Shown: positions 1-12,397 of the stretch, piece after piece
How the letters are laid out: every line of letters begins with the position of its first letter
Position numbering within the stretch: position 1 is the first letter of the stretch
From: the human T2T-CHM13v2.0 reference genome, Homo sapiens
Length of the DNA: 64,000 nucleotides
Direction: 5' to 3' (one strand)
NCBI RefSeq assembly: GCF_009914755.1
Contig: NC_060937.1
Made by a program: the position numbers and the translations under genes
Notes under the pieces: generated by a model
Databases searched by the model: none
Told to the model about the DNA's origin: nothing
What the model saw: only the letters and a program-made list of their open reading frames with translations

Positions 1-48
1 CGGCCTCCCAAAGTTCTGGGATTATAGGCGTGAGCCACCCCTTCTGGC
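1..48 (-). mobile_element. Alu 5' end, cut by the window edge (UFM1 intron)
   Basis: cggcctcccaaagttctgggattataggcgtgagccacc...ggcc is the reverse complement of the Alu left-arm start. Confidence 0.9.
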
Positions 49-1891
49 CAAAGATTTTTCTAATTGTCCACAGAGTTAATCTCGCCCTTCTTGAGTTACC
101 TGTGGACTTAGTCTTTATAATAATTCTTACCAATTTATGTTATTATTTTGTTTATATATTTATTTAAAAAACAAATGATGCCAGTAATTTACTTCAAAAA
201 TTCTCATTAATGTAAATTTATTCAAAACACTGGGATAATTTAAGTACCGATTTTATGAAATGACTGGCAAATACAACTTTAAATCTAGATAAGATCTGTG
301 GAGTCACTGTAACTCTCATTTTTTCTAATTTTCTGCCAGTTAGAACTTGCATTAAAAGATGTTTTCATTTTTGATTTGTTTTTATTGGCTTGTCTGTGGA
401 CACTCACCAACTTAATATACAGATAGAAACTTATTTTAATGAGCATCAGTATGACATCTAGGTATATTGTAAGGACATTTCCAAGTCTCCGATTTAAAAG
501 TGAATTGAACTCCAAGGGTTTAGAAGTTCTCCAATTGATGCAGAGTTTTAGGAAAATGAATCTCAGATTCTTAACTACATATACACTGCAAAAATACTTT
601 GTAAAATACTGTTGCCTAGTTTGTAAACTATGACATTGCCAGTTCGTTAGTTTTTAAACAAATGGCTATCCTTTATATGTTTTTATTTTTTTCCACCCCC
701 CAAAAACATTAGTAAAGAAAGGGTAAAAATGATACCCATTTTCATCCTTTAATAGTATTTTGGAGTTGTGGAATGAGGGCAGCCAAGAAATCTATTCACA
801 TTTCTATTACTGAAAACTGGTACCATATGCTGTTCCTGTTATAATGATTCTTATAGTCAGAGATCTGTAGACTGAGTGAGGAGCCTGGGCATATACATGA
901 GAATAATGGTAGCTGGTATTGAGACACTTAAGAACAATACAATAATATGGTGGACAAATAGAGAAGTTTCAGTGAGAAATGTTAGCTTGTAAGTCTCCTC
1001 TGCTTTGAAAGATTGTTTTCTGTTTTCACTCATTGTAATTTATGTTACCTTAGGGATCTTATTTTTTAAAAGAAGTTTTAAAAACCTCTTACTGTGTCTT
1101 AAAGTGTTTTCTTAAGGTATAAAGTAAATTTCTGTTTTGATTTTTTTTATTGGAAAGTTCATACAGATTGACCCTGGGACTAAGTCATTAAGAAAAAAAA
1201 AATATATTTATTCATGATCTTTAAAATACTTGCCGTTATATGAGTCAGTTAACAAAATCACTCATCCCTCTCCAAAATGTTATTTCACATTTTACTTAGC
1301 CCACTTTAAATGATGGTAGAAAAATCACTTCATTATTGGCATTTTGACATAATGAACTTCATGCATTTTCATTAATTTGGTCTACTAATTTTGAACATGA
1401 TTAGTAAGAGTACACAGAAGGTTCATCAAAAGCTTTATGATCCAGTGATGCTTCCCAAGTAGCCTTCTACTTATAATGAAAATGATAACATTACTGGGTC
1501 AAGTGCATAGATATTTAGATGGGAGGTAAAGTGGACTGAAGACCAAGGAGAGCTTCACCTTTTTGAAATCCATCTCTAGAAACAAACAGCAGTTCATATG
1601 CTAGACTTACATGTATGAAAGTGTTAGAAATATATAAATCTACACCTTAAAGGTTAATTCTCAAGTGGAGCTCGGGCACCATCCCAGCTCTAAGGCTATT
1701 TGCTGTTTGGGTTGTTATTATTATTATTATTATTTTGAGTTAAAGAATGTAGTATGCAATCAAAATCACTAACTTTGAAACTGAAAAGACAGCTTTGTCC
1801 AGATTGGCTACAGTAGTGGAAATAAGGAACAAAGGGGCTTTTTTAGAAAATGGTGACTTTAAAAGAAACTGTTTTAAAATTCTTCTTGCAG

Positions 1892-1949
1892 ACTCAGTGT
1901 TCCTGAAAGTACACCTTTCACAGCAGTCTTAAAGTTTGCAGCAGAAGAA
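1892..1949 (+). CDS. UFM1: UFM1 internal coding exon (exon 3, 58 nt): (V)LSVPESTPFTAVLKFAAEE
   Basis: Acceptor ttcttcttgcag and donor gtaagt; translation matches recalled UFM1 residues 20-39. Confidence 0.97.
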
Positions 1950-3312
1950 GTAAGTACAGAAGTTGGAACAACCTTTATGGAATGCGGTTTGCCAATATGC
2001 TTCAAATGTCTTTAAGAGTTGCATGCACTTTGACCCATCATTTCCATGTGGCTTCATTACTAGGTTTATGTTATCAAAAAGTAGGATGATAGTTAAGACT
2101 TACTTTCAGATATAAGAAGCATGAGTTAAACAAATTGACATATCTGATTAATGCAACCATTGAAAATTATAAGAATTTAATGAATTTTTATGAGAATTTT
2201 TATGAAAACTAAAAAGGTGCTGATTTTTAAATGTTTTTTAAAATGCAACATTATATCACATTATATTCTATATACTCATATTTTACTAGTCTTGATTCCA
2301 AAATTGCAATTTCATAGAATCTTTATCATAGTTTTCAAATTTTCTATATGAGCATGTGGACTGTCAGTAAAATTTGTTGTTTTGAAAAGTTTCTAGTTTT
2401 TTAAAACATGTTTGAATTTTCTGTTTCATAAGAAACAATTTTTTTCATCCAAAATTATTAGAAATATCTATAATGCAACTTTTTGGACATGACACTTGAA
2501 AAAGTAGCTTGATCTGTTAGAAATGGCACCCAAATGTGACTTCGGAGACTTAGGGTTCCTGTTGTAGGTGCGTCATTAGTTAGCTATGTGACATGATGCA
2601 AATCCCTCTTTTTTATTCTGCAAAATGGAAGTAGTTAATACCTGTCCTTCCTCTCTGATCAAGTGATTTCGAGTAAAAACATTATTTCCTGAAATTTTCT
2701 GTTGAAGTTAAAAGTGCTAAACAGGTACGTTGTAACCCAAATCAAAACGTTTTGGTTCAGAATCTTTTGAAAAGTTTATAGTCACAGAAAAATAATTTTC
2801 TTAACTACATTAATAAAAAATAGCTTAACACACAATCCTGCCCTGTACTTCACTGATTTATGGCAAGTCAGCCAATCCATCAGTGCTCAAAGCTCCTTGT
2901 ATTGTCAGGAATCACTAACATTATTTGTCACTCATTCAGAATTAAACTGCCAACTAGTAGCATTTGTTTTGTGTCTGATAGATTCTTCATGCAGAAAGAA
3001 TAAGTAAAATGAGATGGGACACAAATCTGAGTATAGCATTGTCATTACTTTTTGCTGCACAGATTACTTGCAAGAAATATTCTAGTCTGGGGCATAACAG
3101 AATCCACAAATTCCAGATTTAAGAAGTAGATCTATATAAGCTTTATTTAATATTTGTTATATTTTTTAGTTACTCATTGTGTGTCCTTTATAATGCAAAG
3201 GCATTTTTTGTGATCTTGGTTTTCTAATTAAAATAGAAGAAAATCTTAACATACAGTAGTGAATAAGAAACACCACACAACCATATATATTGATTAAGGT
3301 AGTTTATAAGTA

Positions 3313-3405
3313 AAGCTTACAGTAGAGTAAGCTACAGAAAAGAAAATATTAAGAAAACCATAAGAGAAAGTATATTTACTATTCATTAAGTGGAAAAGGA
3401 TCACT
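3313..3405 (+). mobile_element. Tigger2-family internal fragment
   Basis: Shares agaaagtatatttactattcattaagtggaa with the Tigger2a copy at 5203-5594. Confidence 0.65.
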
Positions 3406-5202
3406 ATTATGAATCATAGGTGTTACATATTTAGAAAGGATATGACTTTCAGATCGTTGTGAGAGGGGCTTTCACAAGATAACATTGTAGAATCATTCAG
3501 TGAGAACAAAAGTTGACTCAAGAAAGCAAGAGTCTGGATTTAAATCCCTGGTAAAATTGCCTTAGTAAGCAATAATAAAATTTCCCAGCACATGACTGGG
3601 GTAAGTAATGAATTGTTGAAACCTGCAAAGAGCCCTAAATTATAAGAATTATGGGGGATCGGAGGAGGAAAATAAATGAAAACAGAAGACCATAAAAGAA
3701 TACTTTGCATTCAGTAGAAAACCTGTCAGTACTGTAGGACAAAAAGGAATAGATTCTACATTTTACATCACCAGTGATGCCTCCTCATGGTTTAACCATT
3801 TCTTCCACATTCTGCCTAAAGGGAAAACTGTGTCAGCAATTGCTTTTGGTTTTTAAAGTTATAGGTTGCTACTACATGGATGTGACTAAGAAAATACATA
3901 GATTATCTTAAAATGGGCATGATGTAAAAGACTCAATCAGTAGGGTAACTAAAAACTTTGTAGTACTCTAGCTTTGGAAATCTGAGAGGCCTATATAGTT
4001 CATTTGAGTGTTTGATCAAATTCTTATTGAGATTACAGCCTGTGCAAAATATTTGTGATGCATTTTTAAGTTTACTTAAGTACACTTTGAAATTCTTTAA
4101 AAATTTTAAAATCTTTAAAAGGACACAAGAGTGTACCACATTGAGATTAAAATGTGTTTATTATTAATTTGTACATAATACTATAACAAATAATTGTTCT
4201 CAGGTATGTTTAAGGCCTTATTTTAAAAGTTGATTCTTCAATTTCTAATTTAAAATAAGCTTTTAGTTTTTCTCAACTATGTATATGTAATGATTATAAA
4301 TGCCTAGAGTAGTGTTTCCCAGACAACTAGAACCACACACAAATTAGTACCACCAAAAAAAAAAAAAAAAAAAACTTCATGAAGAACAGGGATTACTGGT
4401 CAAAAAATATGAGAAACACTTCATTTCTGTTAGGAGTATATTAAAGGCTTTTGAGAAGACCACTAGTTAAATGTGTTTTCCAAACTTGATCACAAAACTC
4501 AACTATAATATCTATAAAGTTAGTCCATAGCACAAACATGCTTAAATTTGTTGGATAAATGCATAAACTGTGAAGACATAAACACACTTTGGCAACTGCT
4601 GGTCTCTTTAAGAGATGGAATCTACCTTTTAGCTACCAATAAATTCCATACCACATTTCACTGATTTAAAAAACACATCTTTTTAAACATCTCTGAAATA
4701 GATCAGGGGAGGCTTGCTATCACTGTTGGCCAAATGGCTTTCACTTAATTGTCTAGGTAACATCATCTACACTTAATTATTATTTCCTAATGACATAATT
4801 GGACTATTGCAATCCTTGAGCTTTAAATCAGCAAATCATTACAGAGGAATGTAAGGAATACAAGCCTTGGTTGTTACCTGAAAATCTTCGGTAGGCACCT
4901 CCCATTAAACACAGAGAGCATCTGTTCAGATCTTGCAATTTCTATGGAGAAATTTTAGGAATAATCTCATCAGTTTATTTTGCATGTACTTTTTGCTGTT
5001 CAAGAGAATTATAAATGACAAAATTGATGGATAAGTCCTAAAGAGTAAACATTGATCTGGGCATAAATTGACAGTGGTTTTTCATTTTTGTAATGTATAA
5101 TATAAGGTACACTTTTATAATTAATGGTGTCCTAAATACAATCAAAAGCACTGTTTATAATACAGGGTTTTTTTTTTTTACAGATAAAGCATATGATATA
5201 GT

Positions 5203-5594
5203 CCAGTTGACCCTTGAATAACGTGGGAGTTAGGGGTTCCAACCCCCTGTGCAGTTGAAAATCTGCATAAAACTTTTTTATTTCTCAAAAACTTTACTAA
5301 TAGCCTACTGTTGACTGGAAGCCTTACTGATAACACAGACAGGCGATTAATATGTATTTTGTTATGTGTATTATATACTGTATTCTTACAATAACGTTAA
5401 AGAAAAAATACTAAGAAAATCATAACAGAAAGTATATTTACTATTCATTAAGTGGAAGTGGACCATGGGAAAGGTCTTAATCCTTGTCTTGTGTTGAATA
5501 TACTGAGGAGAAGGAAGAGGAAGGGTTGGTCTTGCTGTCTCAGGAGTAGCGGAGGCAGAAGAAAATCTGCATATGTCATTCAGGGGTCAGCTGT
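5203..5594 (+). mobile_element. Tigger2a/MER8-type non-autonomous DNA transposon
   Basis: Terminal inverted repeats cagttgacccttgaa ... ttcaggggtcagctg followed by TA; internal actaatagcctactgttgac. Confidence 0.85.
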
Positions 5595-5693
5595 ACTTTC
5601 CTTGATAGTTTCACTTATTCTAAAAGATTAATCCTACTTTAGAATTATAGAATTGGTATTTGTACCCCATTCTTGCTAATTATCTTATAGTTT

Positions 5694-5726
<33 letters not shown>

Positions 5727-5735
5727 TTTTTTTTT
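5694..5735 (+). repeat. Compound microsatellite (TG)9(TA)7(T)10 next to the exon 4 acceptor
   Basis: Read directly; ends 12 nt before the exon start at 5748. Confidence 0.95.
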
Positions 5736-5747
5736 CCTTCTATTTAG

Positions 5748-5787
5748 TTTAAAGTTCCTGCTGCAACAAGTGCAATTATTACCAATG
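5748..5787 (+). CDS. UFM1: UFM1 coding exon 4 (40 nt): FKVPAATSAIITN(D)
   Basis: Acceptor ccttctatttag and donor gtaaga; phase-0 join with the previous exon. Confidence 0.97.
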
Positions 5788-6956
5788 GTAAGAATTCACT
5801 ATAAAATTATGTATTACCTCAAATTTATAGAAATGGTGTAAAAGGAACCAAATTAATTAAAATTAAATACAAAAAGCCCCAAGTATATGTATATCAACAT
5901 AAATGATATACTTACTGGTAAACACTAAGTCAGGGTTATTGTTAATAATTAGCTCCTTTCATTTCTTTGTATATAGCTTTTGATATAGTATAGCACTTTA
6001 TAATATCTTTTGTCCTTACCAGTTCATGCCAGATTATAACTGAAAATAACTTTATTTAGCAAGTTTTTTTTTTTTATTAAGTAAAGTTGTTTGGTAAATG
6101 CTTTAGAATATAGAAAGTTAAGCAGGAATGTATCTTTGCTATACCTTTCCTGATAGAAAATTGTTTTTTGTAGGCTTGCAATAATGAGAATTTTATTCCT
6201 TTTTAGGTATATAATTAAAAATCTTAATATCTTGGAACACTGATAATCAATGATGATGGAATTAGTCTTGTGAGAAAATAGTGAAATAATAAGATGAGGA
6301 GTAAAGATTGCAGGGAGGGCTTAACTGTGTTTCAAGTATACAATGCAGTATTGATGAGTGCTGATGCGTTGCCCAAGTGCAGTTTGGACAGGAGATGGGC
6401 TTAATGTGCGTGATGTAACTTAGATAAGGTAGAATTTCTCACTCTAAAATATTCTGCATTCTGTCACGTTGAAGTGTTTCTCTGTTGGAAAAAAGCTGGC
6501 TTACTACCTGGAAAGTTTTAGGTCATAACTTAGTAACGTGTTGAACTAAATGACTTTGTGAGCTCTCCCAGCCTTAAGATATTATGACCTAGAACAATAC
6601 GAAGATGATTCATGGCATACCTAAGGGGCTTTTTAGTTTTTTGGAAGAAAGGACAAACATTATTTTTAATTCTATATGGCAAAATAGAATTAATAACCTA
6701 TATTCCATAGAACTTACCAGGATCATTGCATTGACAGACGTTTTTGTCTAACCCAGCAATGTGTATGAATGCAGAATAATAGTAGATTTCAACAGATAAT
6801 TTACCTGAAAGATTGTCACTCGTGTTCTTGGATTTAAAGTGTTTGGCTTATGTCTATATACACAACAGCACTATTTTGGCAAATCTCTTTCCTTGCTACT
6901 ATTTAACCATTTTAGCTTTAGAAATAATGTATGTGATTTTACAACTTATTTTCTAG

Positions 6957-6989
6957 ATGGAATAGGAATAAATCCTGCACAGACTGCTG
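6957..6989 (+). CDS. UFM1: UFM1 coding exon 5 (33 nt): (D)GIGINPAQTA(G)
   Basis: Acceptor ttattttctag and donor gtgagt; DGIGINPAQTAG is visible in ORF 6839..7042. Confidence 0.97.
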
Positions 6990-8341
6990 GTGAGTATTTG
7001 AAAACTCATAGAGGAGTGGGTGGGGTTATATATGTCAATTGACACTGAATAGTTAAGCTATTCTAATTACACTTGACAGTATTTTAACATAATGGAGCTG
7101 TTTTTTAGGGATTATATACCAGTCTTTACCTGTGTGTCTGAGTAATAAGTTGTTTCATTGTGTATATTGATTGTAGATGTTTTTGGCTACAAGTAACAGA
7201 AAACCTAATAGTGGCTTAAGCATTAAGAGTATTTATTATATATAACAAAAAGTCTGTAGATAAGATTGCTTTCTAATTGGAGTATTTTTTGACCTACCTC
7301 TTAAGGTAGTTGTGAGATAGTGACTGTAAAGTGCTTCATAGCTTGGATTATTTATAGAAAGCATTCATTAAGTGCTATTATTTTTTTTAAATATAGTCAT
7401 TTACATTTCAAGGGGCTGAGTCTACATTCAGATCTTCAAACTGTTAAATTTATACAGGTGATATATTGGTGTCCTGACCAGGAGACAGGGTAAAAGTAGT
7501 CTCATACTTTATAAAAAGAAGTCTAAAACTTTTTTAAAATTAGTTTTATATTTTTAAAATGTAATCTCTTAGGCTTATAATCTAAAGTTTTAAAATTAGG
7601 CATGCTTTAATGTAACCTCATTCTAGAGCAGTAGTTATTTTTAAATTATATTCTAAAGTATTTCTTTATTGTAACAAAATTATGTTGTTTTCACAGGCCT
7701 TGCAGTTGAAATTCAGCCATAAAGAAAATGAAGTGATTTAAAATTGCAAATTTTTGTTACTTCAGTAGTTGTTAATATATAATTTTATTAAAAAGGTTTA
7801 TTGAAAATCGTGAGGCACTTTATTGTATGGATGCCTTTAAACTTAGTAGACAAAGGTTTCTTTTTTTCTTAATCGAGAAACTTTCAATATTTTACAGTAG
7901 TTTGAATTACTGCTAACTCTAACATACTGCTTGTTTTATTATCTTTAAAAATTGAATGTGCATATCCTTGATATGAAGAAAATCTCATCAGGCAATTGAC
8001 CCCAAATATGTCAGGGTATCTAAATTTTTGTCACTTGTAGTAATTTACATTTTTTTTCCTGTCCTTAGATATATTATTGTGTATTGAAGGAAGTATTCAT
8101 GATTAAATTATTCACAGTTACTTGATGAAAGTATTCGTCAGAGTTTTCATGGCTGGTGTTATTTTAAATTTTAAGCGTATGTTGGATTGTGAAGATAGGA
8201 GAATAGGAACAAGACTTAAAAAGCTTGGAATTGGGGTCTCATGATGCTTGAGCTTTTGTACCCATTTTACTGTTTACTAAATCATTTATTATATTTAATA
8301 ATTGTCAGAATATTAAGATAACTTGATTTTTAGATATCTAA

Positions 8342-8434
<93 letters not shown>

Positions 8435-8468
8435 TATCTGCTACTTGGAACATACGATTGCCTTTCAG

Positions 8469-8474
8469 AATAAA
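8469..8474 (+). terminator. Proximal poly(A) signal AATAAA with downstream U/GU-rich element
   Basis: AATAAA 35 nt after the stop, followed by tattttttgttgttgt. Confidence 0.6.
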
Positions 8475-10112
8475 TATTGGTATTTTTTGTTGTTGTAAAA
8501 TTGAAATCAGGCATTTAACATACTATGAAAACACCAGGAGTCAATGATTAATGAAAGGTGACTCATCTGTCCCTTTTTGTTGTCCATACTCTTCCTATGA
8601 AGAGGGAATGCGTATGAATTAAGGCTACTACTGTCACAGAAGATCATAGTCTTTGATGCTACCTCACAACACAAACAGGTAGTTCGTTGGGGGCAAATGA
8701 ATTAGCCAACTGTTAACTGGAAGCTTTTGATAATTTTTTTTTTTAGAACAATTTGGAACATTAAAATTTACTGAATCGTATATATTCATCTGAGATAAAA
8801 ATATAAAAAGAATTATGGACCCTGGATGGCAATTTGCTTGATAGCATCTGATTTGCAGACTCATAATTTGATTTTTAATTAAATATATAGGTTATGATGA
8901 AGTGAATAGACATATCAGTGAACAGTTAACTATATTAAATTTTTATCATTTACTTTTTTTAAGATTCAGACCTCAGTTATATAAATTTCAGTTTAATATC
9001 AACCAAAAAATTAAAATTTTAATCTAACCCTTATGTGTATAAATTGGTGTCCCATACCAGCTTTTAATGGTGGACCTATAGAATCCAGTACTTTTAATGG
9101 TGGGAATTTACAGTAGAAGCATCCTTTGCTGAGTTATACATTCCTTTATCAATCTCTTTTGATACAACATTTAAAACAAGTAGCTTCAAGAAACCACTGG
9201 TGTTTTGAGGATAGTATTTCTAAATAGCATTCAGGAACAGAGTATTATTGCACAGATCTGAAGATCAAAAAAAAGCTCAAGGAAATACAGATCGGAAGTG
9301 CTGATGAGTTATATTTATTGAAAACCCAACTTTTAAGGAAGTGCTAAGATCAGTCACCCATGTGAATAAGAAGCCAGGAAAGGAAAGATGGGGAAGCCCA
9401 GATCACCAGGCTTCTATTAAGGAGGAAAGCAACAGAGGAAACAGTGAAGGGGAACAGAAGGGGGTAGCAAAGTGTTACAGAAAAGCGGACTGGATAGACA
9501 AAACTGCAGAAGGTGTATGTTGGGGAGAACTGAAAGGGAAAACAAAATACTTGACATAGTCTTAAGTAGAAGAAGGCAGTTAGAGAAAACAAAGTATCTA
9601 CTGGCCTTGTCAACATACAGACTTCAAAATACCCCTTATGAGAATCCAAAGAATGATGTGTGTAAGGGAAGATTTTATTTGCCCTTCCGGAAGAAATCAG
9701 TATCTATGCAAATCTTGAAAGACGAAATCAAAGCCCATTAATGATTCAGAATCAGTGCTTGACCTCCTGTATTCTGAATGGTGAACTCTGGAAGCAGGGA
9801 TTGTGTCTGGCTCTTTTTAGAGCTGGAAGTGTAGTGGCTTTCATTAAATACTTGCTGTAAAGTCTTTCTAAGACCAATTATTATCTTAGCATGTTTCAGT
9901 ATCTTCTCTATCATAGGCCCTAAGTTCATTGGGGGAAAAAAAATAAGAAGATTCAACAGAATCAGCATTTGAAGTGTACCATTGGTAGTTGTTTATGAAA
10001 TTACCAGATATTCATAAATGTGACAAATGAACAGCAGGATTATGAATTATCAAAGGAAAAAGTATTTGCTGAGGTGAAAAAATCTGATGTTTGAGGAAGT
10101 TTTTATTTTTAT

Positions 10113-10249
10113 TTATTTGTTTTGTTTTTTTTTTTTTTGAGGCAGACTCTCTGTCGCCAGGCTTCTCCTGCCTCAGCCTCACGAGTAGCTGGGACTACAG
10201 GCATGCACCACCACGCCCAGCTAATTTTTGTATTTTTAGCAGAGACAGG
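10113..10249 (-). mobile_element. 5'-truncated, internally deleted antisense Alu in the UFM1 3' UTR
   Basis: T-tail plus right-arm sequence; 20-bp TSD GAGGAAGTTTTTATTTTTAT at 10093-10112 and 10250-10269. Confidence 0.9.
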
Positions 10250-10305
10250 GAGGAAGTTTTTATTTTTATAAACAAAATCTGATGTTCAGAGGCCCCGTTT
10301 CTTAC

Positions 10306-10432
10306 AATAAATGTTGAGTCTTAGTTAAGCAGGAATTTATGAACACCCATTTCCTGACTTTTTGCTTTAATTTAGATTTTTCTCCATCCTGTTTCTAGCA
10401 CAAAAATTTGCCTGCTGTGTTACAAAAATAAA
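10306..10432 (+). terminator. Distal poly(A) signal candidates (AATAAA at 10306 and 10427)
   Basis: Canonical hexamers in a U-rich context. Confidence 0.5.
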
Positions 10433-10786
10433 TTTATGTTGTCCTGTGCCATAAAGTGATATATTTAATATTTTTATTCTTTGGTTTTGAACATTGTAAG
10501 TTCCTAAAAACATTTTATTAAACAAGTAGACATTTTGTTATTAAAAAAATGTGATCTGTAATTTCTTTGTGCAGAATGATTTGAAGTATTGTATTCAGTT
10601 TACATGCATTATTGGTTTATAATTAATATCTAATGAAAATACATGTTGTTATATTGTAAACCATATTGTCTGTTCTTATTATTAGAGCTCTTAATCAGCA
10701 CACCTTTTGAGTCAGTATATAATACATGTAGTAAAGAAAAAAAGGGCAAAGATGATTAATGACCATAAGTCAGAGAAATTAGTTTA

Positions 10787-11121
10787 TAGTCATCTGCCAC
10801 AGACATAGTAGTGATGTTTCGTCCAACAACAGACCGCATATATGACCGTGGTCCCATATTACTATATTTTTACTGTGCTTTATCTATGTTTGGATACACA
10901 AGTACTTACCATCATTTTACAGTTGTTTACAGTATTAGGTACAGTAACATGCTCTACAGGTTTGTAGCCTAGGAGCAATAGGCCATACCAAATAGCCTAA
11001 GTTTGTAGTAGGTGACATCAACTAGGTTTGTACAAGTACATTCTGATGTTCACATAGTGACAAAATTGCCTAAGGAAGCATTTCTCAGAATTTGTTCCTG
11101 TGATTCAGTGATACATAACAG
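10787..11121 (+). mobile_element. Tigger3a (MER7A)-type MITE
   Basis: gaccgcatatatgaccgtggtcccata...tacaggtttgtagcctaggagcaataggc...catttctcagaat; degenerate TIRs. Confidence 0.85.
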
Positions 11122-11546
11122 TACTTGCAAATGCCTGTCCATTTTACAGACGGAAAAAAAAAAAAAAAGTTGAGAAGAAAATGGGGTTATTGTAACTGGC
11201 TAGGTTGGTAGGTTCCAAACCTGGGTGATAACAGAGTCGCCTAGGAAATTAAAAATACAGATTTTTGGAAACCACTCCTTGAATTCTGATTTATTACATC
11301 TGTAATAATATATAAAGATCCTCTGTAAACAGGAGTTCTGGTGATTTCTGCCATGCAGGTGGTTTGAGAATTAATGAGAAGGCCACCTTTTCACTTTGTA
11401 GAAGAACAGAATGAGGTCTAAGGGGTCAAAGTAAGTAGAATATGTTCTGGAATCTTGGACAGTGCACTTTCCAAAGCTTGGTAAGTAGCCTGAGGTGAAG
11501 GTGCTAGCTAACAGTCTCACTCACTGCACAACCTTTGAAGTTTTTC

Positions 11547-12236
11547 TCCGGGAGGTGGGGGGCAGCCCCCGCCCGGCCAGCCGCCCCGTCTGGGAGGTGG
11601 GGGGCAGCCCCCGCCCGGCCGCTGCCCCGTCTGGGAGGTGGGGGGCGCCTCTGCCTGGCCGCCCAGTCTGGGAAGTGAGGAGCCCCTCTGCCCGGCCGCC
11701 ACCCCGTCTGGGAGGTGTACCCAACAGCTCATTGAGAACGGGCCATGATGACGATGGCGGTTTTGTCGAATAGAAAAGGGGGAAATGTGGGGAAAAGAAA
11801 GAGAGATCAGATTGTTACTATGTGTAGAAAGAAGTAGACATAGGAGACTCCATTTTGTTCTGTACTAAGAAAAATTCTTCTGCCTTGGGATGCTGTTAAT
11901 CTATAACCTTACCCCCAACCCCCTGCTCTCTGAAACATGTGCTGTGTCCACTAAGGGTTAAATGGATTAAGGGCGGTGCAAGATGTGCTTTGTTAAACAG
12001 ATGCTTGGAAGCAGCATACTCGTTAAGAGTCATCACCACTCCCTAATCTCAAGTACCCAGGGACACAAACACTGCGAAAGGCGGCAGGGCCCTCTGCCTA
12101 GGAAAACCAGAGACCTTTGTTCACATGTTTATCTGCTGACCTTCCCTCCACTATTGTCCTATGACCCTGCCAAATCCCCCTCTCCCGAGAAACACCCAAG
12201 AATGATCAATAAATACTAAAAAAATTTAAAAAAAAA
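11547..12236 (+). mobile_element. 5'-truncated SVA (VNTR remnant + SINE-R + poly(A)), older (A-C-like) subfamily
   Basis: GC-rich VNTR units gggaggtggggggcagcccccgcccgg; SINE-R cccaacagctcattgagaacgggcc; AATAAA at 12208; TSD AAGTTTTTC at 11538-11546 and 12237-12245. Confidence 0.96.
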
Positions 12237-12348
12237 AAGTTTTTCAAGTCAAACATTCTTTAGATAAGTTTTTCTTAGAACTAGCTGTTCAAAAGAAACG
12301 TTAGTGGGAAGAAAATGCAATCCTATTTAATTCCTCTACTCCAATATT

Positions 12349-12397
12349 AAGATATTAAAACTTAATATCTTCGCGTAAAAAGATGTTTTTTACGCGA
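12349..12397. repeat. Two adjacent perfect inverted repeats (10-bp and 11-bp stems)
   Basis: AAGATATTAA-aac-TTAATATCTT and TCGCGTAAAAA-gatgt-TTTTTACGCGA. Confidence 0.95.

Larger units (their letters stand above)
8435..10700 (+). other. UFM1: UFM1 3' UTR (3' end approximate)
   Basis: Follows the stop codon; AATAAA at 8469, 10306 and 10427, ATTAAA at 10540; U-rich. Confidence 0.7.

Noticed and set aside
6839-7042. 67-aa ORF containing DGIGINPAQTAG
   Set aside because: Only the 33-nt UFM1 exon is coding; the rest is intronic read-through with a GTG start
9341-9968. Cluster of overlapping short ORFs
   Set aside because: They lie in the UFM1 3' UTR, are compositionally biased and show no recognisable domain
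11495-12219. Pro/Gly/Arg-rich ORFs and an apparent CpG island
   Set aside because: Explained by the SVA VNTR and SINE-R; not a gene or promoter island
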